From Phoronis australis (taxonomy: Eukaryota > Animalia > Phoronida): a DNA stretch of 64,000 nt. Positions 25,226-40,200 of the stretch are shown piece by piece. Below the pieces are notes generated by a model. The model saw only the letters and a list, made by a program, of their open reading frames with translations, did no database searches and was not told where the DNA came from. Location: assembly GCA_002633005.1 (NCBI GenBank), contig NMRA01000018.1, positions 118,291 through 182,290 of the forward strand. Direction: 5' to 3'. Made by a program: the position numbers and the translations under genes. The stretch's first letter is position 1; each line of letters opens with the position of its first letter.

Positions 25226-28200
25226 CTAAAACAACACAAGTAAAATAGATTAACTAAAGGTATATGGGTACATCCAGCATGGCTGAGAACAATCCAGTGG
25301 ATGGACTCAGAAATACCTTCGTCGTGAGAGACCATTCGGAGTTGGTATGTGGTGCAACTCCGGACGGTCTGGGCTCAACAGAAAACCATTATTTTCTACT
25401 ATGAGTCTACACCAATGTGATAAACGAGAGTAGTTCTAGTTGCCGCATCAGCTGCAGGTATCCTTATCTCTTTTATTACAAATAACATGTGACTGGGCAA
25501 AGCCTTTTCAAATTAGTGTAGATAATCCAATGGAGCTCTAGACCCCTGAGGTATCTGTCAAGTCCTCATGACAGTTCCACGTTATGCACATGCCAACTGT
25601 AGGTGGCGCTGAATGTTTTGTACAGCAAAAACTCTTTCACCACTGAGCAGCAATGTTTATTTCCGATATACTTACGCACCCGCACTGTGGACGAGTATGC
25701 CGATTGGCACTGAACGTCTAGTCGGAATATAGCCATGTAGTTATCAGTTTGACAGCCACAGCAAGGGGAGAAATTTGGCAAACCAATGTTTACATAGTTC
25801 AGGTCTTTCATTGTCTGCGTTCGTCTGATAAGCTCACGTAATCCAGCAATTATGTTATACACAGGGCGCCTGCCACTAATTGATCTTCAAAAAGTACTAT
25901 TTCCAAACGACATTCAACAAATGTTGGGAAGAAGTGTTTTTTCGAAATACTATCATCAAAAAACTTTGAACGGAGAAATACAGATGACTTTCATAGAAAT
26001 TAGACTTAACTTTCACAGGGCTTGGAATGACCAATGACAAAAAAAGAGAAGTTTTCCAGGTGACGTATCATTCCACAAATAAATAGGCTTGTGTCATAGA
26101 AATATTTTTGGGTTGTAAAATTTAACCAAAATAAATGTTTTTGTATGAATGAAGTCAAAATAATGATGAAAAGAGACGAAAAAAGAGGATAATGGAAATC
26201 AAATAAGAAATGGAAACCAAAAAGATGAAACGATGTACCCTGAAAACAGTCCAGTTGATGACCCTGATATTTACCTGAATTTTTCCTCTCACGCCAAAGC
26301 TGTCCATTCGACTTGCCACATTCACTGTGTCACCCCAGATGTCATACTGGGGCTTTTGTGCTCCAATTACACCAGCTATCACAGGTCCATGGTTTATGCC
26401 TGAAAACAAACCAGCACCACAACTTACAATTAGCAATGATGCACACGTCAAGTACCTGAACCGGAACTGCAGATTTTATATACAACCCGCCAGACAATCA
26501 ATTCTAATTCTAATTAGCCAAGATTTGCTCCAAGATGAATCAGCCCACACGCCGCCAGAGCCCAAATATGGTGAATACCCAAATCCATGTACTACCACGG
26601 CAACAATCCACCAAGCTGGTAATGTTCCCACCCATACGGTTCAATGCTCAGGCTAGACTGATTTCTAAGCATCAGAAGAACTGTTTATAACTGCTTCAGA
26701 CCTGCTCACCAAATTGCTTGTCACAGTGCATTAGTTTCCTTCTTCAAAGCTTTATGACTGTCGGCGAAATCCAAGCAATTCATTGCAACCAATTTTAATT
26801 CAAACACAGGATAAGAACACCAAGACTTGGAAGAGCCTGTGAATATTGTTGCTTTTGACACAAGAACATGGTGTTTAGAGAATTTTAAAATTTCAAACTA
26901 AAAAGTGTGATAGCCTTATCACAGACACATCACATGCATGTCCACATCACTTACACACGAGTTTCAGTTTCATCGCGGCTTCACCTACCTATCCTGAGGC
27001 TGAACTCATTGAATGAGTCTCTATTGATGTTCTCCAGTGAGCCCATCATGGCCAGGGCAAAGTCGGCCAGCAACAAGACATAATATTCACTTTTGGAGCT
27101 GTCCTGGAGATGGAGAAAAAGTGTACTTGTTTATACGCTGACTTACCCCCACACATTTCAAGAGTTTATGGACACACACACACAATGATCGACTTTCACT
27201 GAGGTCAATAGGTTGGTTTTCAAACCCTCAAAATCTGATAATGACAAAGGTAGATGGTTCCAATCGCTAATTCATAAAGGAGGCTATGCTTGAGCTTTTG
27301 ATTGAATGTTGATCACTCGTTTTGATAGTCAGCTACTAGCTTTGTAAAACAAACGTGATTTCAGAATCCAGATGAAATTAAACGACTTAAAGACTTTCGA
27401 GTTTGGTGATGTGCTGGTGGTGCAGTATTTAAGTCGAGGCTTGCGAAATGAAAGAAACCGGGTAATTGCAAAGAGAAACTGTGAGATGAAATTTGAAACG
27501 GCATTACCTTGTTGTGGTCAATATTGTGATTTAATGACTCCAAATACTAGTTTATAACTCCATAATCTGTAGAAATTATATAACATCGTGATTTGGTTTT
27601 GACATCACATCTTTCATCACTCTAACATTTTGAAGGGTTGTCAAGAAATTTGACACCTTTTAGTCAAAGAAGGAACAACATACACTAATTTTCAGACAAA
27701 CTCAAAGACCTCGGCACCACCTCGTGGCATAGTTATATTGTTTTATTTTCCGGCAGCCTCTAAATACTGGGCCACAAGTGAGACCTCATCAATAACTGGC
27801 ACATAGTACATTTCTATCACAAAGAGGATAAAAATTTTGGGGTGAAGACTGCTGCGCCACCTAGTGGGCCAATTTATTTTTGACAACTATAACGAATAGC
27901 CAGTGACAACCTACTTGGTCGTTCTCTCTGCCAGGCTTCAAGCCTGCTGCAGCCATGTAAGTACTTCCTATTGTCTTGATCTTTTCAACACTACTAAACT
28001 TGGGCTTGGATAGAAGCTGCAACATGAACAAGAGTATATCAATGCACAGTAACTATGGACAGCATGTCAGGTTTGTAACAGTGGCTGTGATTGGTGGATC
28101 TGATGTATGTCCTCTCGCTGTCAAGAAGGTACTTAATCAAATTTTACAGACTTGAGACGGAATGTTACACGTTGTGACACATATTCAAGCATTTATCTCT

Positions 28201-31200
28201 GTCAATATGCTAATCAATTACAAAAGTTACAAAAACAAAAAAAAACGGCCACAAATACAACATCATTCATAACACTACTACAGACAACCCCAATATATTG
28301 ATACAACACATTCAAAACACTTAAAAGTTAACAATCAGCACATTTTAATTACGCTACCGCAAGACCTGAGAATCATCATACCATGTCAAAATCAGCAATG
28401 ATCTCATTAAGAAGTCGGAGACATTCCAGACCCTGCTTGTTGACACTGGTCTGATTGTAGAACTCCTTGAAATTTGGAATAGAGGCGAACATGACAGCTA
28501 CACTGGCATAGCTCTCATGATATAACTCCTGAAAAGAAAACAAGAAGGCAGACTTCACTAACAGATATTGATCTAAAAGCATAAGTCAAGACAACTAAAC
28601 AACATAATAATTTGAATTTTACAAGTTAACCTTCATTTTGCCTCTCAATAACTACTTTAGATGTCTGTCAGTGATTTGTGACATTTGTTGAAATTTTGGA
28701 GATCACAGAGTGACTTCACAACATCCTATCTATTAATATTGTTTCATACCATGTCAACATGTTTTTCCGACAACAAAAATGTTGTGGGGTATGAAATCAA
28801 CTTTATTGATAATGTCCTCTAAATCATTGTAAATATTACAAGCATCATCACCAACAACGATTATTAGTCTATTGGCTTCGTTGTTATTATTATTGAGACT
28901 ATTATTATTATTATCATTATTAAAAAACTTACTATTTGGTTTCAATTTCAAACAACAGTTTTTTTCTAAATCCAGATAATTCCAAATATCACTATAGTCC
29001 ATTGTTGAGCGTTCCGGAGTGTACTGTTTTGTCCAACATCATAACCTGCAGGCCAATTATCTACCATTTCACAGTTCAAAGAGTTACTAAAACCATTCAA
29101 CAATGGATACCACTGAGAGATCTGAAACCAAACGTATTTATTCTGGCTAAGTTTTATCATATTTCTTCGAGTAAAAATGATCCTAACTTGAACTTATTAC
29201 GAGAAATTCAAATTCAGAAGATAACAATTCGAAAAGTTAGTAGTTTTAGTCCACGATATATCAATTTATTTTAGCCAGAGTTTTATTGTCGTGAAGCCAT
29301 TGCTAATGCGGTAATTGCTGTACTCCACACAACAGGACACAAAATCAGATTTCCTGCAGGCCTCTTGATGACATCGGGAATTGCACAAATCTACTGATGA
29401 AGTATAAGGTGCTTTGAAACTGGCCGAGCTTCTAATTTAAAATTTAATATTTTCTTTTGCTGGCCCCCTTGAAGAGCTTCTAGTTGTTGTTGCTTTACAG
29501 TTGTTGTTGTTAACATGAAGTGCTAAGCCATATGAGCCAGGAGTATGTTCTCTAGAAGCACCTTGGTAAACTCAGTTACACCACTGCTAACTCACTTCCT
29601 TAATGAACCTGTTGTTGTTATTGACGGTTGACATGAAGTGCTCAGCCACATGAGCTGGCAGTATGTTCTCTAGAAGCACCTTTGTCAGCGAGCCCATCGT
29701 TTCCACCTCCTCGCGTTCTACCTTGAACTTGGTCTTCCACAAGTAGTCCAGCTTGGACGTGAACTCGGCCTAGCCAATGGAAATTGTCAACATTTAACAG
29801 ACACTAGTTCAGCAACAGGGAGTTATGTAGTACTAATTAGACAACTAACCTAGCTGTCTAATGCATGCATTCAGGTAATTTCATGGGACCCTTAATTTAC
29901 CCGGCTATTCTGGTGAACAGCTTTCTGTACTTAATCTATACAATGAAATAAAAGTGAGGGCCCATTCTTCATTAGCGCCATCTAGTGAAAATAAAGACAA
30001 ACATAATCATCAACTTAACAATTATAAATAAATTATGTACATTATTTGAGATTAAGACACCAAGAGTGAATATAACTAGTAAGGAATTAAACATCACTTC
30101 ATATATACTTAAATAACGACAAACACTCATTAAATGGAACTGATGTAAAATACTAAAAATGTTTAGGTTGAGAAACTTAAGGTAAAATTTCACCAAATTC
30201 GGATGAAAATAATTGCCAAAAATGCCCTTTCTTATTTTGCAAGAGCTTCTAACCCTGTTGTGAAACTGCGCACAAATTTTCAAAACTTTTTTATGGCAGC
30301 TATGGTACAAACCCTGAACATGGAAAATCATTTAATTTGGTGCTGCACATATCTATCATGGAATAATGACGAAAAAAAATTTCACTTGTTATCCATATTA
30401 TGTCCCGAATTTGTGAGATTTCACTGCATGTGGTTGTGTGGCACAAATATCAACAAACTACGGCTAACTTAAAAAGCAACCAAAGCTAGACACTGCATTA
30501 ATACAGCCCCTTATTCATCTACTGCATACTTTAAGTGAAACTTTTTACCAAACCTGCAGGGTACGTACCTGCCTATCAAGAATATGTAGCGTAATAAATA
30601 AGACAATTAAGTACATCGTTGCTTCGCTACTTGAGGACAGAACATTCCCGCTGTAAAACAAAGGAAAGACTATTTACGACGCAAGTCAAATCCAGTGACT
30701 GTCTTATCTTAGTCACATCACGCAAAAATGTATGCACAAAGTCTCACAATTTGGTTCTTTGAGCACCACGTGATGGCATGTCCCGTGAACCAAGAACGTG
30801 CGCTCCACACGGCATGGTTGTGGTGACTTTCTGTTTTAGTGAGAAAGATGTCTCCCGCTATAAGAGGTCATCATCGTGACAGCATGCAAACTAATGGTTC
30901 AAGAACCTTTGAAAGTACAGCAACAAAGTCCTATTTTCTCATTGGTAAATTACTGTCCAACAATATTTGTAAGAAGCTCTAATTAGAAAAGCGCCGTGAA
31001 AAAACTACGTTGCACCTCGTATGGAATAGAAGTCTCACCTGATGTTTTAATCACTCATTATTTATGTTTTTAGGCAATAGAATACCTCACACGCACATGA
31101 GTGTACGCAGTGTTCTCTTATGGGCATAAGTGAGATGATGACAATGATAGGGAACATTCGACGGAGAACTCTTCAGCATTGAAAGAGCACAAAATGATTT

Positions 31201-34200
31201 CCGTTTCATCAAGTTTCAAATTCTGGTGGTCATGATGAGTAGGTCAGTGACAAAGACAAAACACAATCTATTTCATTTACGAAATGGCAGTGGTGGGCCT
31301 AGTTATGTCGGTGAATCATCTGAGAATGTCACAGTGCAAACATGAATTGAAAAAGAAGTGAAATTCCAATGCTTAAAACCTCCATCAAAGTTACATGTAA
31401 ACTGAAGGTGGCGTTGCATGTTTGTACACAAAATACTCTATCACCATCTGAGCATTACAACAGACTTCAACATGCCACGCTATCTCCAAAAAAGGTTAAT
31501 TGGCCCTCTCTGGTTTCTCATCATTTTTCGCGTAAACCAAGTAAATTCACCTTCTAAAATCACCTTTCAAATGCTCACTGTCAATGGAGCTTGACCTTTG
31601 AAGCAAATAATCATGGCGCCACCACTCTAAATAAAAATAGGGCCATTGTTTTACACCCTCTGAACTTGTAGCTTTGTAACTATAACTTGAGGGTAGTGCT
31701 GAGATCTATCATTACTTCCCCCCCCTTTAATTAGCCACAAACTTGACAGAAAAAATGAGAGACAAAATCAGAACTGCAGTCTACAAAATAGTTCCAGCAA
31801 TACATACATTTTTATATTCATGAGATCCATTCTATCAAGCAATACTAAACGATAAATTATATTTTAAATAAAAGTTAGGGACAATCAGCATTTTTTGTGA
31901 CAGAGAAAAATGTGTTGTCAATAATGTTTCAATTTCAGTGAGGGTCCAAAAGTTGACATGCTAATGAGCTCAATTTGGCGATCATAAAATTCATGCATTC
32001 TTGATGAAGTTGAAATTTAAAAAAAAATCCTTAAAAAATATTCGCAATCGGAATTTCAAAGTATAACACTTTTTTCGCAGAACATAGGAGTAAAATGCTC
32101 ACCTGCCCTGATATGTTGAGAGATCGTAGACTTGAAACACGCTCCTGGCGAACACGTGAAATATGAGATTATACACAGTAATAGCCACCACCATGAAGAC
32201 CAGCTTAATGATGAAACTAATCTGCAGGAACACTGTACATGCAGTGAGTGCCAGGAGACAGCAGTGGGTAAAGTACTGTAAGAGAAATGGGTACGATACT
32301 AACTTACCATTTTCAGAATCAACAGTACGGTAACATCTCAACAAGACACAATATGGTGGACATGGGAAATTATAATTTTTTCGACACCCAAATAAATTCT
32401 GTAAGTTCCATGTCATAGCTACCATCTGACAAGTGTAAACAGTTTTAGAAATTGCGGCCATTCACAGCTGCAATAGTAGACTTTGAAACATGAAAAAATA
32501 AGTTCCCGGCAATTATTTTTGTCCAAAATAGGCGAGTACCCGAACTTAAAATCTTCGTTTTACAAAGTTGTTAAGCAACTAGTTTTATTACTTTAATAAC
32601 AATGGCCGTTTCAGTTCAATAGCTTGCACAGAATATAACTGAAGTGGAAACCAAAGAAACAAGTAAGCCAACATCAAAAAGAATGTGTACATACTTGTTA
32701 CATACTGCACAAGACAAAGGTAATCGTACATGATACTGTTTTCTCATCATAACAGTAAAAAGGTAATAGTTGTTGGGACAGCAACATTCTAATAACAGAA
32801 TGGCTTGGCCACCTCATCAATTTTTCCTGTAAATTCTGCTTCATTATTGGACACGCAGGAAGACTAGTCTGCTGATGGATTCTGCATCCACACGGCTGAC
32901 ATGACGGGGAATTCCGGGTCATTTTGTCTGAACACTTTCTGAGTATTCTGTAAACATGTCAGCTGCGAGTGACCGTCATTTGAGATGGGTTCAGGGTTAT
33001 TGGCTTCAGGTTATAAACTCGAACAATTATTGTATTTCACTTTTGAGTGCATAAACCAAAAATGTTAGAAAGCAGGTATCTACTACTGAATTACAGAAAT
33101 TCCACAGAAACATCTAAGAACATAAAAGAAGTAAAATTCCTCGGATACCATCCATTTTCCATCATTTTACAACCAAGTCGTTGCACAGCTTACCGGGACG
33201 TAGTAACAGCGATTATCACCGGCACTGTGACTAGCATTTACGATGGAGGAGTCTCTTGATATTATTGTATCACAGTTAGACTGAAAGAGAAACAGACTAA
33301 TTAGCATAAGAGTTCAGATTTTGTTAAGAACACATCTACCCGGCATACCTAAAGGCCTGACTATGTGCAGTATTGACATAAAATGTGGGAACTGCATATC
33401 AGCAGAAACAAAAAATCCATGATAATTCCAAGTATGACTCAGTGTTTCATAGCTAATAACAGGAGTTGGGTCTTGTGATGGTTAGAGGTACCGATGAAGA
33501 GGACAGAGAAGCGGTCACAATTCTGTGAGTCCTAGTGGCATGTCCATACCATGATCTTGTGTGCACCGTGACCTTGTGTCTGTTGCACTAAAACTACATG
33601 CCACTCCTCTTTGTTTTGGCTCACATTTGGGGTGGGCTTTTTGTATGTTTTTAATACTAGTTCCAAGTAATTACACATGATAACAATAAGGAATAAATAG
33701 CACCGCATGCTTCAACTGGGACATCAACTGCCAATGAAACCAGACTTATTCCACGAAGAAGTTTGTGACTTCAGCCTGACCTAATTACCCTCTTGTCGCA
33801 AAAACGATCATCAGTCATTCTAATGTGGTGGCTGCAGAGTGGGGTAAGTTGGTCTCAAACTTTTGGTTTAATGTGCATGCACAATAGTTGACTAACTCAG
33901 TCGCATATAATTTATCATTATGAGGCACCGTACTCAGAACTGAAGGTGACAGGTAAACAGTGATCACTGTCAATATTGCAATTAGAATGACTTTACAGGC
34001 GCTAGGAAACATGGCCTTATGACATGAACCTGACATGCCAGCTTTCAGAATCTTTTTGAAGTTGTCTCTTATTTCTGTCTTGGTAAAACATTATCGACAA
34101 ACAGCCTAATTACCATTTGTCAACATGAAGCTTAAATGAAATAGATAAGGGGACTTCTCATATTGGCACTCTCTAGAGTAATGAGAGCCCAAACGTCTTT

Positions 34201-37200
34201 GACTTCCACTTGATCCCGACTCAGATTTGGTGGACAGAAATTCAATTACTACATATTAGTTCATTAATGTATAAATTCCACTGTCAACCCCTCTCATGTT
34301 TTTTGATCACTTTAAGTTCACTAAATTTATTTTTGCTTTTTGACACTGACTGGGATCTATATTCTCATGTTCTATCAGCTGCAGCCACTGGCTTTGTCAC
34401 AAAATACTTCTTTGCAGTGGGAAATACATAGAACATGATGTCCTTGTTCATCCATTTTATTTTCAAAAGCTTTGCTGTTTTCGTAAGGCGTAAGTACATT
34501 CCACCGCAGAGCAGTGAACATTTGACAGTAATATAATAGCAGAGAAAGATGTTAAAACACTGTTTATACCAATAGGTTGAGTCCTGTCCGCATTACATAG
34601 GATCTGTTGACAGCACTGAATGCCCACCCGCCAAAGACATGATCACCATTTGGCGGATTAATGAATTTAAAAATGGCGTGGTTATTTCGAAAGTCAGCTA
34701 TTACTCCACCTTAAACAAATGAAGCAGAACTGACTAATCCCCTCATACCGTGAATAATACGCTTACAAGGAAGTCACACATTCCTAAAGATATGTGGGAA
34801 TTTTCGCCGCTCGTCTTTCTGAGCGGCTTTCACCAGGATCAAAGAGAGTGCGGCGCTGGAGTCAGATACAGATGTGATGACCACATTGTCTGGTGCGAGC
34901 AAGAACCAATTAAGAGTAATTACCCGACTATAAACTGAAGTAAACATCTCTGTCTGCACATACTGGCGAATTTTCAAAATGCATTAATCAATAATTTTCA
35001 TTAAAAATGAACACCATGTCAGTATTCAGCTGGAAAAAACAATCAAGTTTTTGATTTTTTAAAATCGATGAACTAATAATAAAAACTACAAGTATTGGGT
35101 ATGATTGATGATAAACGACCGTGCAAATCGATATAGTCGGTGGATTTACAAATGCTGATCAGAGTTAACAATATCACATGGATTATTCTTTTAATATTCT
35201 TTCAATCTCGTTTAACCAGATTTTTGACCAGGAAACAGTCGTATCTAACTTGTGCCAACTCTTCTTCATTTTTATGACTGATAAAAAGCTAGAATTGTTA
35301 TGCAGTTAGTACAACCAAAATTGTCCAGGGATTCCAAATCTTCAGTTTGGCTATCACCATTTGCACTTAAACATGTATATATTTTATGATTTGAGTTCTA
35401 ATAAAATTAAAGTTGAACTAATGACACATGTACTTTTGTTCGCTGTGAAATATTTACTAGTGTAGCTGTAAGCTGGAAAGTTCAGGGATGGGTTCACAAT
35501 TAACTAATTACTAATTAAGTTTCGCTGGCAGTCAAAATCTAACAGTGACTGTTTTTGACCCTTCAAGTTTAAATATTAAACAAAAAGATATCGACTCGTT
35601 CCCGATAAGAAAAAACAGGTAGACAGGGGTATTAAAATGAAATAACACAAACCATTATGCAACATATATAAAACCATCGTTCGTCATGGTCAAGATAAAC
35701 ACAAATTAACTTTTTTAGTCATTTTGTAGTACTTAAAATGTACCAAGTTGCAGGCAGTAACTTTGTGCAAATGCCAGAGAAAAACAATTTGGGTGTAATA
35801 ACAACCATATGATTGCTAAGAAAGTAGTGCTAGCTATTACCTTTCTACTTCATTAGCTCAGATCTCCATCAATACAAAGGGCGTGCTGAATAGGCATCGC
35901 GAAAGTTGTCTGATGCTAAGGGAATCTGAGCGATGACCAGTGTAAGCAAAAAAATTCTGCACATGTGTATTTAAGGGCATCAAGGAAACCGAGTGAGGTA
36001 CTGATCAAGTAATCCAAAAGTGAATGCGCCTTTGCGTGGTGACAGTGGCAAACGAATAATGAATAACACAAATGACATATAGTGACACTGTACACAAAGA
36101 CAGGCACTTAACTACAGTAGTAATCGAAATTCAATGGTATTGAGACACCAAAGATGAAACCTCAAGCAAGCTTAACATAATTCACTTACGACAGTTATAA
36201 CAGCCAGTGTTAATAACATCGTCATGACAACAGACGCCATGACTAATCTACACGCCAGACTCTTCCTCAAAGTATAAGACATTGTCATCAGAGAATCTGC
36301 CAGACCACTACCGCTGATGGACGAATGCTTTCTGCCACCCTGTAAATAAAATTACCCTAATTACTCGTATAACTATTCCATTCATAATACTAAATTTGAT
36401 GGTTTGTAGAAAATTTATTACACTTTGATAATGCTCGTAATGAGTACGAGACTAATGACCTTGCATGCTGCAGAGATGTAGCATAGGAATGTATTATGAG
36501 ATACGGAGCGAGCATTTGCCAGGAAACAGTATGACAACGTGTACCTAACAGTTATGAGTACCAGTTGAATGGAAAGGATGGTAACAGTCACTTACCGAGT
36601 CCACATTTTTAGAACCAGTTTTATCAAATGAATAACAGGCATCAAACTGGTTCTCAAAATCTAGGACCCCTGCATTTAGTGACAATTGCTGAAAGGTCAT
36701 AGAGCATCACATGAAGCCATCACAGTTCAAGCCATTGAATGAATGTTTATAAAGAAGTGTCTTCAAAACAAAGTTTTAAGCCTCCCCAGGACATACGAAA
36801 CAGGCCATAAATAATGATCACCTAAGGAAACATGAGCCACAATGAAATACTAAGGTAGTTGCCACCAGTCGAACTGGTTGAATGAAAAGATTTGGTATAC
36901 ATCAATGTAATTATTCACTATTAAAAGTGTAATTGTTGAAAATTCTTAATGAAAAAATACCCTAATTGCGACTCCATTTTACTTACTGTGCAGTAGTCAG
37001 AGAGTAAAACAACCAAAAGCAAAGAGAAGACCAAGGCGCCAATACCATATCCTACAAATAGTGCCAAGCTCCTGCAATAAAGAAGATGAAAATCTCCACT
37101 ACAAAGACGAAATGTGAAAAAAATAGAATAAAACAGACAATTGAATTGAAATGGGTTTGAAATGAAAAAAACACAAGTCTAAGCAAAGCCTTATGTTCGC

Positions 37201-40200
37201 TTAATCATAGATTAATTACATTTCCAACTGTGTGGCTAACGATATGATTGATGATCTAATTGGTATGACCTTTTTTATAATGAGCAAAGCAGGACTGGCA
37301 ACTGCTACGAATTTACTCGTTTTCTACATACACTTAGGGAGTAGAAAACCATTACCTGCGAGCTTTAAAATGTTACAGATTTAATTTGCGCATTTATTTC
37401 CGAGTTTTTAAAATCAGTTCAAAGTAAAACATATCGGCCATTTTGAAGCGTGGTTCACTTTTTCAACACTTACCTGGGAAGCATTAGAACTTGAACAACA
37501 AACATTGAAGCAAATATGACAGAGGCGCAGCTGATGTAATACTTGAATGAAGAGTCGCTCTGCTTTAGGTACCCTTGGTTCATAGATTTCTCGTAGAATG
37601 AGAGGAACACAGGATGAACGTCTTTAGAACGTAACCACCGCCTGTAAAACACAAACGACTGCACTTAGCACATGACAGACATTTTCAGTAATAGAAATAT
37701 TTTTACTTACCTTTGCCAACAATAGAAAGGTGACGCCAAAATGACCCAGCAAATGGCCAGCATCTTTTTGTGTTCATTCACTTCCCCTGAGGAAGATCGC
37801 ATATAATGAACGAAGTCAGTGTTTCATTAACTTGAATGCCCAGTATTGCACTTGACTACTAACACAGACTTCGTTCATTACATACGATCTGTCTCAATGG
37901 AAGTGAATGAACACAAAAAGATGCTATTCCTATTAATGCTACAAAAATCTATTTGAAGTAACCAGACATTTATCTCCAGTAGGGGTAACACCAAATACAT
38001 TTTCCCTCAAAATTCTCAGCGACAGCATCGTGTACTGACCTCGGATCAACTGAGCAAGACAGTGAAGTGAGATTCGCCTCCATCATGGCTAAACTCTGAA
38101 ACAATGAAAAGTAACTGAGTTATCAAATAATGTAACAAGTAATCATACAGACTGTCATTTTATCCACAAATGAATAATAAGAGAAAATTGAATTCAAAAC
38201 AAAACATCAAGAAACTATCATTTTGACTAGTCACTATTATTCGCAACTCTAAAATATGTGAATTAAATAATATATGTCACAGAGAATGAAAACAGTGACC
38301 ATAACATTTCAGCCGAGGTCAAAACGATTTTGCATTCCTACACAGTCGATTTACTTTATTCACCCTGTATTATTAATTAGTTGGCGCGCTTGAAAACTAT
38401 CCATTAATTGAATTCCAGTCTGGCAATGACTACTAATTTAATTAATGAAACCTAGTGGTATACGCTCATACTTAGGCCTATGTGCCGCCATTAAACATAA
38501 TGCGTGTTTTCAAAGTGTTTTCCATAAAAGCATGACTCATTAATGCACTACATCTCACAGTGGGAACACAGAGACATCTCAAATTAACACTCCTGCTCTT
38601 CCATTTTGTTAACAGCACGAGAATAAACATGTCCTGTATTCAAATATCCTACTCACTGTCTCTCCAATATTTTTGGCTAAGCTTGCGCCCAAAATATTAG
38701 CGAATGGTTTGGCAGCACCCCACGAGTCGAGGTACTTCGACACTCTCATGGAAGCGCGCAAACTATTTTCTATGTGGTGACCCCTCTGTCTTTTGCATAC
38801 GGCTTCATCATTCTGTACCTGTGGATTGAAATTGTTTAGTGCCCTGAAGGGAAGTATAGCCCCTGATGGTTATGTGACTACTAACTGGAACTGAATACGT
38901 AACTATAAGGTTTTACAAAGTGCCAAAATAACCCAAGGAAAAATTCGCACAATTCATAGCCCCGGCAGGCACAACCATACTTCTGTGGTTGTGAAAAAAC
39001 TTTAAGTTTGAAAACTAATGCGTTTTACTTGTAAAGTGCAAACTTTAGAAGAATTAACTTTTGACAAACTGTTCCTTGAAAAAATTGCTGATTCAAAATT
39101 GTTGTCAGTAAAAGGACAAGCTGATGTCACTATCAAAACCAGTTGAAGATGAAAATTCTACAGCTGAATTTTCAACTAGAAGATTACAAGAGAATGAGAA
39201 AAGAACAAGATCTATCAAAGCTTAAATTTGATCACAAACTTAAGCACCAAATTACAAGTGTCATCCCAGTCATTTATTTTAGGAGACTTCATGCCAGTTG
39301 TTAGTGTTGGTAATACCAGGTCACAGATCGCAGTGACCTCTCTCTCAACTGCGCTCATAGTGTGCAGTTAGTTGCTTAAATACAATAATGCTGTTTCGTT
39401 ATAATTTGGTGTTCGTTTGCTCACTGGCGCCAACACTAAGATACAAGAATGACAAGCTTGCTTACCGTGTCAACAATGAGAAATGTCTCGACACCCCTCT
39501 CTGCCAGAAAAGCGTCCCTCAGCTGTCCGTTACCTGGCTCTACCTTATACTCGTTATTCAGGTGTAACAGTGTTGACCTGGAGATGTGCACTCGCCTAAC
39601 AGAAAAGAATACAAGGCATTTTATGAGTACTGACTGTGAAACAAAAGTAAGACTAATATTGTGTCCATATCTCGGCGTACCTTGCAATGCAATGCACACA
39701 CTTGCAGAGATCTTGCTTTTCTGTGACAACAAAAAAAAAAACGGATAGAATTCACGGAATTAGAGTTCCAATGAAATTCACATGCTTCATTGGTAGATAT
39801 AATTCTAACATCTTTGGTTTTTAATTTCCAAAACGTAAGAAAAAACCGTCAAATACCATGATTTTGACACAAATCCGTCGATGACAGTTTTGCAGCAGAC
39901 ATGTTCAAGTATTTACTCATTCTTTCTGAAGGTGACGCTGTTCTTTTTCCGGTTTTGAGAAAAAGTAAACATGGCATGCAGCAAGTTATCGGTAAAACGG
40001 AGTTACGGCATACAAAAATTCAGAGGAAAAACTGAAGCAATTCCCATGGCATTTTATTTATCACTTTCAATTAGCAAAAATGGAAGTTGCTAATTTGCAA
40101 AATGGAAAAGTGGAATTTTATATTCATAACTATATTCTCTTTCTGAAAACAGAAAATCAGGGTCTCTACACTTTTTAGTGAAGCTTTGTAAGATTCACTT

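Noticed and set aside
36596-36670. Strong GTAAGT donor suggesting an extra M2 exon
   Set aside because: No acceptor gives phase 0-0 without a stop; the sequence is a small inverted repeat
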